Assembly: GCA_964368275.1 (NCBI GenBank)
Contig: CAYJAQ010000004.1
Location: forward strand, 1 to 48,506
Source of the DNA: an uncultured Staphylococcaceae bacterium
GTDB lineage: Bacteria; Bacillota_I; Bacilli_A; ML615J-28; CAG-313
Length of the DNA: 48,506 nucleotides
Direction of reading: 5' to 3'
The stretch's first letter is position 1, and every line of letters begins with the position of its first letter. Below, one piece after another: positions 46,711 through 48,506 of the stretch. The position numbers were made by a program, and so were the translations under genes. The notes below the pieces were generated by a model. That model searched no databases. It had not been told where the DNA came from and worked only from the letters and a program-made list of their open reading frames with translations.

Positions 46711-47040
46711 ATGATAAATAATGTTATTATAATTGGTCGATTGACTGAAGATCCCGTGGTAAAAGTTCTCGAAAGTGGAACAAGTGTCTGTACTGTAACA
46801 CTCGCAGTAACGCGTGGATACAAAAATATGGGTGGTGAATATGATACAGATTTTATTAAATGTGTATTATGGGAAGGTATTGCTAATAATACGGCGGAAT
46901 ATTGTAAAAAAGGTTCAGTAGTCGGTATTAAAGGGCGCATCGCATCCCGTGATTCGACAATCTATTTTTCCAAAGAAGAAGACATTAAAAAGACAATCAC
47001 GGTTTTGGAAGTTATCGGCGAACGAATTACGTTCTTCTAG
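46711..47040 (+). CDS. ssb: Single-stranded DNA-binding protein, short form without the acidic C-terminal tail
   Basis: The OB-fold core reads NNVIIIGRLTEDPVVKVLESGTSVCTVTLAVTR ... FIKCVLWEGIANNTAEYCKKGSVVGIKGRI. The protein ends ERITFF after 109 aa. Confidence 0.8.
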   Translation: MINNVIIIGRLTEDPVVKVLESGTSVCTVTLAVTRGYKNMGGEYDTDFIKCVLWEGIANNTAEYCKKGSVVGIKGRIASRDSTIYFSKEEDIKKTITVLEVIGERITFF

Positions 47041-47057
47041 ATCAAGTATTTAGAACT

Positions 47058-47081
47058 AAAGCATCTTGTGATGCTTTTTTC
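47058..47081 (+). terminator. Rho-independent terminator
   Basis: AAAGCATC-TTGT-GATGCTTT followed by TTT. Confidence 0.75.
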
Positions 47082-47082
47082 C

Positions 47083-47111
47083 TTGAAAAATAAAAGTCTT
47101 TTTGTTATAAT
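47083..47111 (+). promoter_or_regulatory. sigma-A promoter of thyA-folA
   Basis: TTGAAA, a 17-nt spacer, then TATAAT (47106-47111). Confidence 0.65.
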
Positions 47112-47131
47112 AGCGTAAAAAGGAGTAGCCC

Positions 47132-48013
47132 ATGAAACAATATCTCGATTTATGTAAAACTGTTCTTGAAAAAGGTACTTACAAGAATGATCGTACCAAT
47201 ACTGGTACCTTATCATATTTTGGCTATCAGATGCGTTTTAATTTAGCTGAAGGTTTTCCACTTTTAACCACAAAACGCGTTCACATGAAATCCATCATTT
47301 ATGAATTATTATGGTTTATAAAAGGTGATACTAATATTCGCTATTTAGTTGAGCATGATGTCCGTATTTGGAATGAATGGCCTTATCAAAAATATCAACA
47401 ATCACCAGCTTATCAAGGTGAAACATTAGAAGAATACGTTGAAAAAATCCGTACTGATAATGATTTTGCTAAGCAATATGGTAATTTAGGTCCTGTCTAT
47501 GGTCGGCAATGGCGAGCTTTTTCGAGTGCTGATGGTGACGCAGTTGACCAACTTCAAAAAGTTATTGATGAAATTAAGATAAATCCCGATTCCCGCCGCC
47601 TTATTGTTAATTCTTGGAATGCTTCATTAATTGACAAGATGGCTTTACCACCTTGCCATATGATGTTTCAATTCTATGTTCAAAATGGTAGATTATCTTG
47701 TATGTTATATCAAAGAAGTGCTGATATATTTTTAGGAGTTCCTTTTAATATTGCTTCCTATGCTTTATTAACAATGATGATTGCTAAAATTTGCCATTTA
47801 GAAGTAGGTGAATTTGTGCATACAATTGGTGACGCCCACATTTATTCAAATCATATGGAGCAAATTGACAAGCAATTGAAACGCACCCCAAAAGCATTAC
47901 CACGGATGATTATTAATGGTAATCAACAAAAAATAGAAGATTTTGAATTCGAAGATTTTGTATTAGAAGATTATAATCCATATAAAGGGATAAAAGGGAC
48001 GGTGGCTGTCTAA
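47132..48013 (+). CDS. thyA: Thymidylate synthase (ThyA type)
   Basis: Motifs are [23 protein letters not shown], a catalytic Cys in [12 protein letters not shown], and DAHIY. Confidence 0.95.
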   Translation: MKQYLDLCKTVLEKGTYKNDRTNTGTLSYFGYQMRFNLAEGFPLLTTKRVHMKSIIYELLWFIKGDTNIRYLVEHDVRIWNEWPYQKYQQSPAYQGETLEEYVEKIRTDNDFAKQYGNLGPVYGRQWRAFSSADGDAVDQLQKVIDEIKINPDSRRLIVNSWNASLIDKMALPPCHMMFQFYVQNGRLSCMLYQRSADIFLGVPFNIASYALLTMMIAKICHLEVGEFVHTIGDAHIYSNHMEQIDKQLKRTPKALPRMIINGNQQKIEDFEFEDFVLEDYNPYKGIKGTVAV

Positions 48014-48486
48014 TGTTTTCAATTATTGTAGCAATCGGGCAAAATGGGCTCATAGGTAGTGGTAATGATTTGCCTTGGTATTATCCAGAAGATTTAAAAT
48101 ACTTCAAAAAAACGACTAATGGTAAAACAGTCTTTATGGGTTATAATACTTATTTGTCAATTGTAAATCGTCTGGGACATGCCTTACCTAACCGGAAAAA
48201 CTATGTTTTAACTTATGAAAAGGTCCTAACAGGCGGGGGAATTGTCGTTAATGATTTACCAGTTTTCTTAGCTCAACATGATGAAGAAGAAGTATTTGTC
48301 ATCGGTGGACGAATGATATACGAAATGATGTTACCATATGTTGATAAATTGTACATAACTAGAATTTTAAAAGCGTATTCTGGTGATGTCTTTTTTCCAA
48401 AGTATGATGAAAATGCGTTTGAATTAGTAACAAGTGATTCCCATGATGAATATATTTTTGAAGTATATAAAAGAAAAAAAGGTTGA
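48013..48486 (+). CDS. folA: Dihydrofolate reductase
   Basis: A TAATG overlap links it to thyA. Motifs are IVAIGQNGLIGSGNDLPW, the GKTVFMG region, and VIGGRMIYE. Confidence 0.9.
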   Translation: MFSIIVAIGQNGLIGSGNDLPWYYPEDLKYFKKTTNGKTVFMGYNTYLSIVNRLGHALPNRKNYVLTYEKVLTGGGIVVNDLPVFLAQHDEEEVFVIGGRMIYEMMLPYVDKLYITRILKAYSGDVFFPKYDENAFELVTSDSHDEYIFEVYKRKKG

Positions 48487-48502
48487 TTTTTCAACCTTTT
48501 TT
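48474..48502 (+). terminator. Rho-independent terminator overlapping the folA stop
   Basis: AAAAAAAGGTTGA-TTTT-TCAACCTTTTTT. Confidence 0.8.
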
Positions 48503-48506
48503 GTGT

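Noticed and set aside
1-48506. Mollicutes-type genetic code (TGA = Trp), given the very AT-rich sequence
   Set aside because: Several genes end at TGA at their expected family length. For example, the folA TGA at 48484-48486 is followed by a terminator, and the DUF1284-like gene ends at the TGA at 4616-4618. Trp positions in conserved motifs are TGG.
1-48506. Defence islands, toxin-antitoxin pairs, retron/DGR reverse transcriptases, prophage or integrase genes
   Set aside because: No nuclease, helicase, ATPase, reverse-transcriptase, integrase or phage structural motifs were recognised in any track ORF. The only mobile gene is the ISL3 transposase.

Overview
This is a visibly AT-rich chromosomal segment from a low-GC, endospore-forming Bacillota. 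Markers are a gerB-gerA-gerC germinant-receptor operon and the ylmE(yggS)-sepF-yggT-ileS block. TGA is used as a normal stop, so the genetic code is standard. About 50 genes are present, almost all on the + strand. Most are housekeeping: ileS, deoC, deoD, an M16 peptidase pair, ssb, thyA-folA, asnA, ktrBA, cyclophilin, an FNT channel plus Fe-ADH, a ZIP transporter, and tRNA-Arg(CCG). The left edge (1-3430) is accessory: a truncated ISL3 insertion sequence, a 490-bp non-coding stretch with phased 12-bp repeats, a membrane J-domain protein operon, and five phased 17-bp direct repeats. I saw no CRISPR array, cas genes, recognisable defence genes or prophage. Three candidates for an undescribed system stand out. 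(1) A VTC-type (eukaryote-like) polyphosphate-polymerase tunnel domain gene packed with a DUF4956 membrane protein and a Cthe_2159-type beta-helix lipoprotein, just downstream of an OmpR/HK pair (6505-11627). (2) A seven-gene single-promoter operon with two ANL adenylating enzymes, two carrier domains, two PlsC/LPLAT acyltransferases, an Sfp-type PPTase and a GAF protein, but no PKS/NRPS/FAS enzymes (11700-17995). (3) An agmatinase-fold gene followed by an internally duplicated pseudo-dimeric AdoMetDC(SpeD)-like pyruvoyl enzyme in which only the second half keeps the processing serine (21768-23468). All family assignments come from motifs read by eye. No HMM or BLAST search was run.
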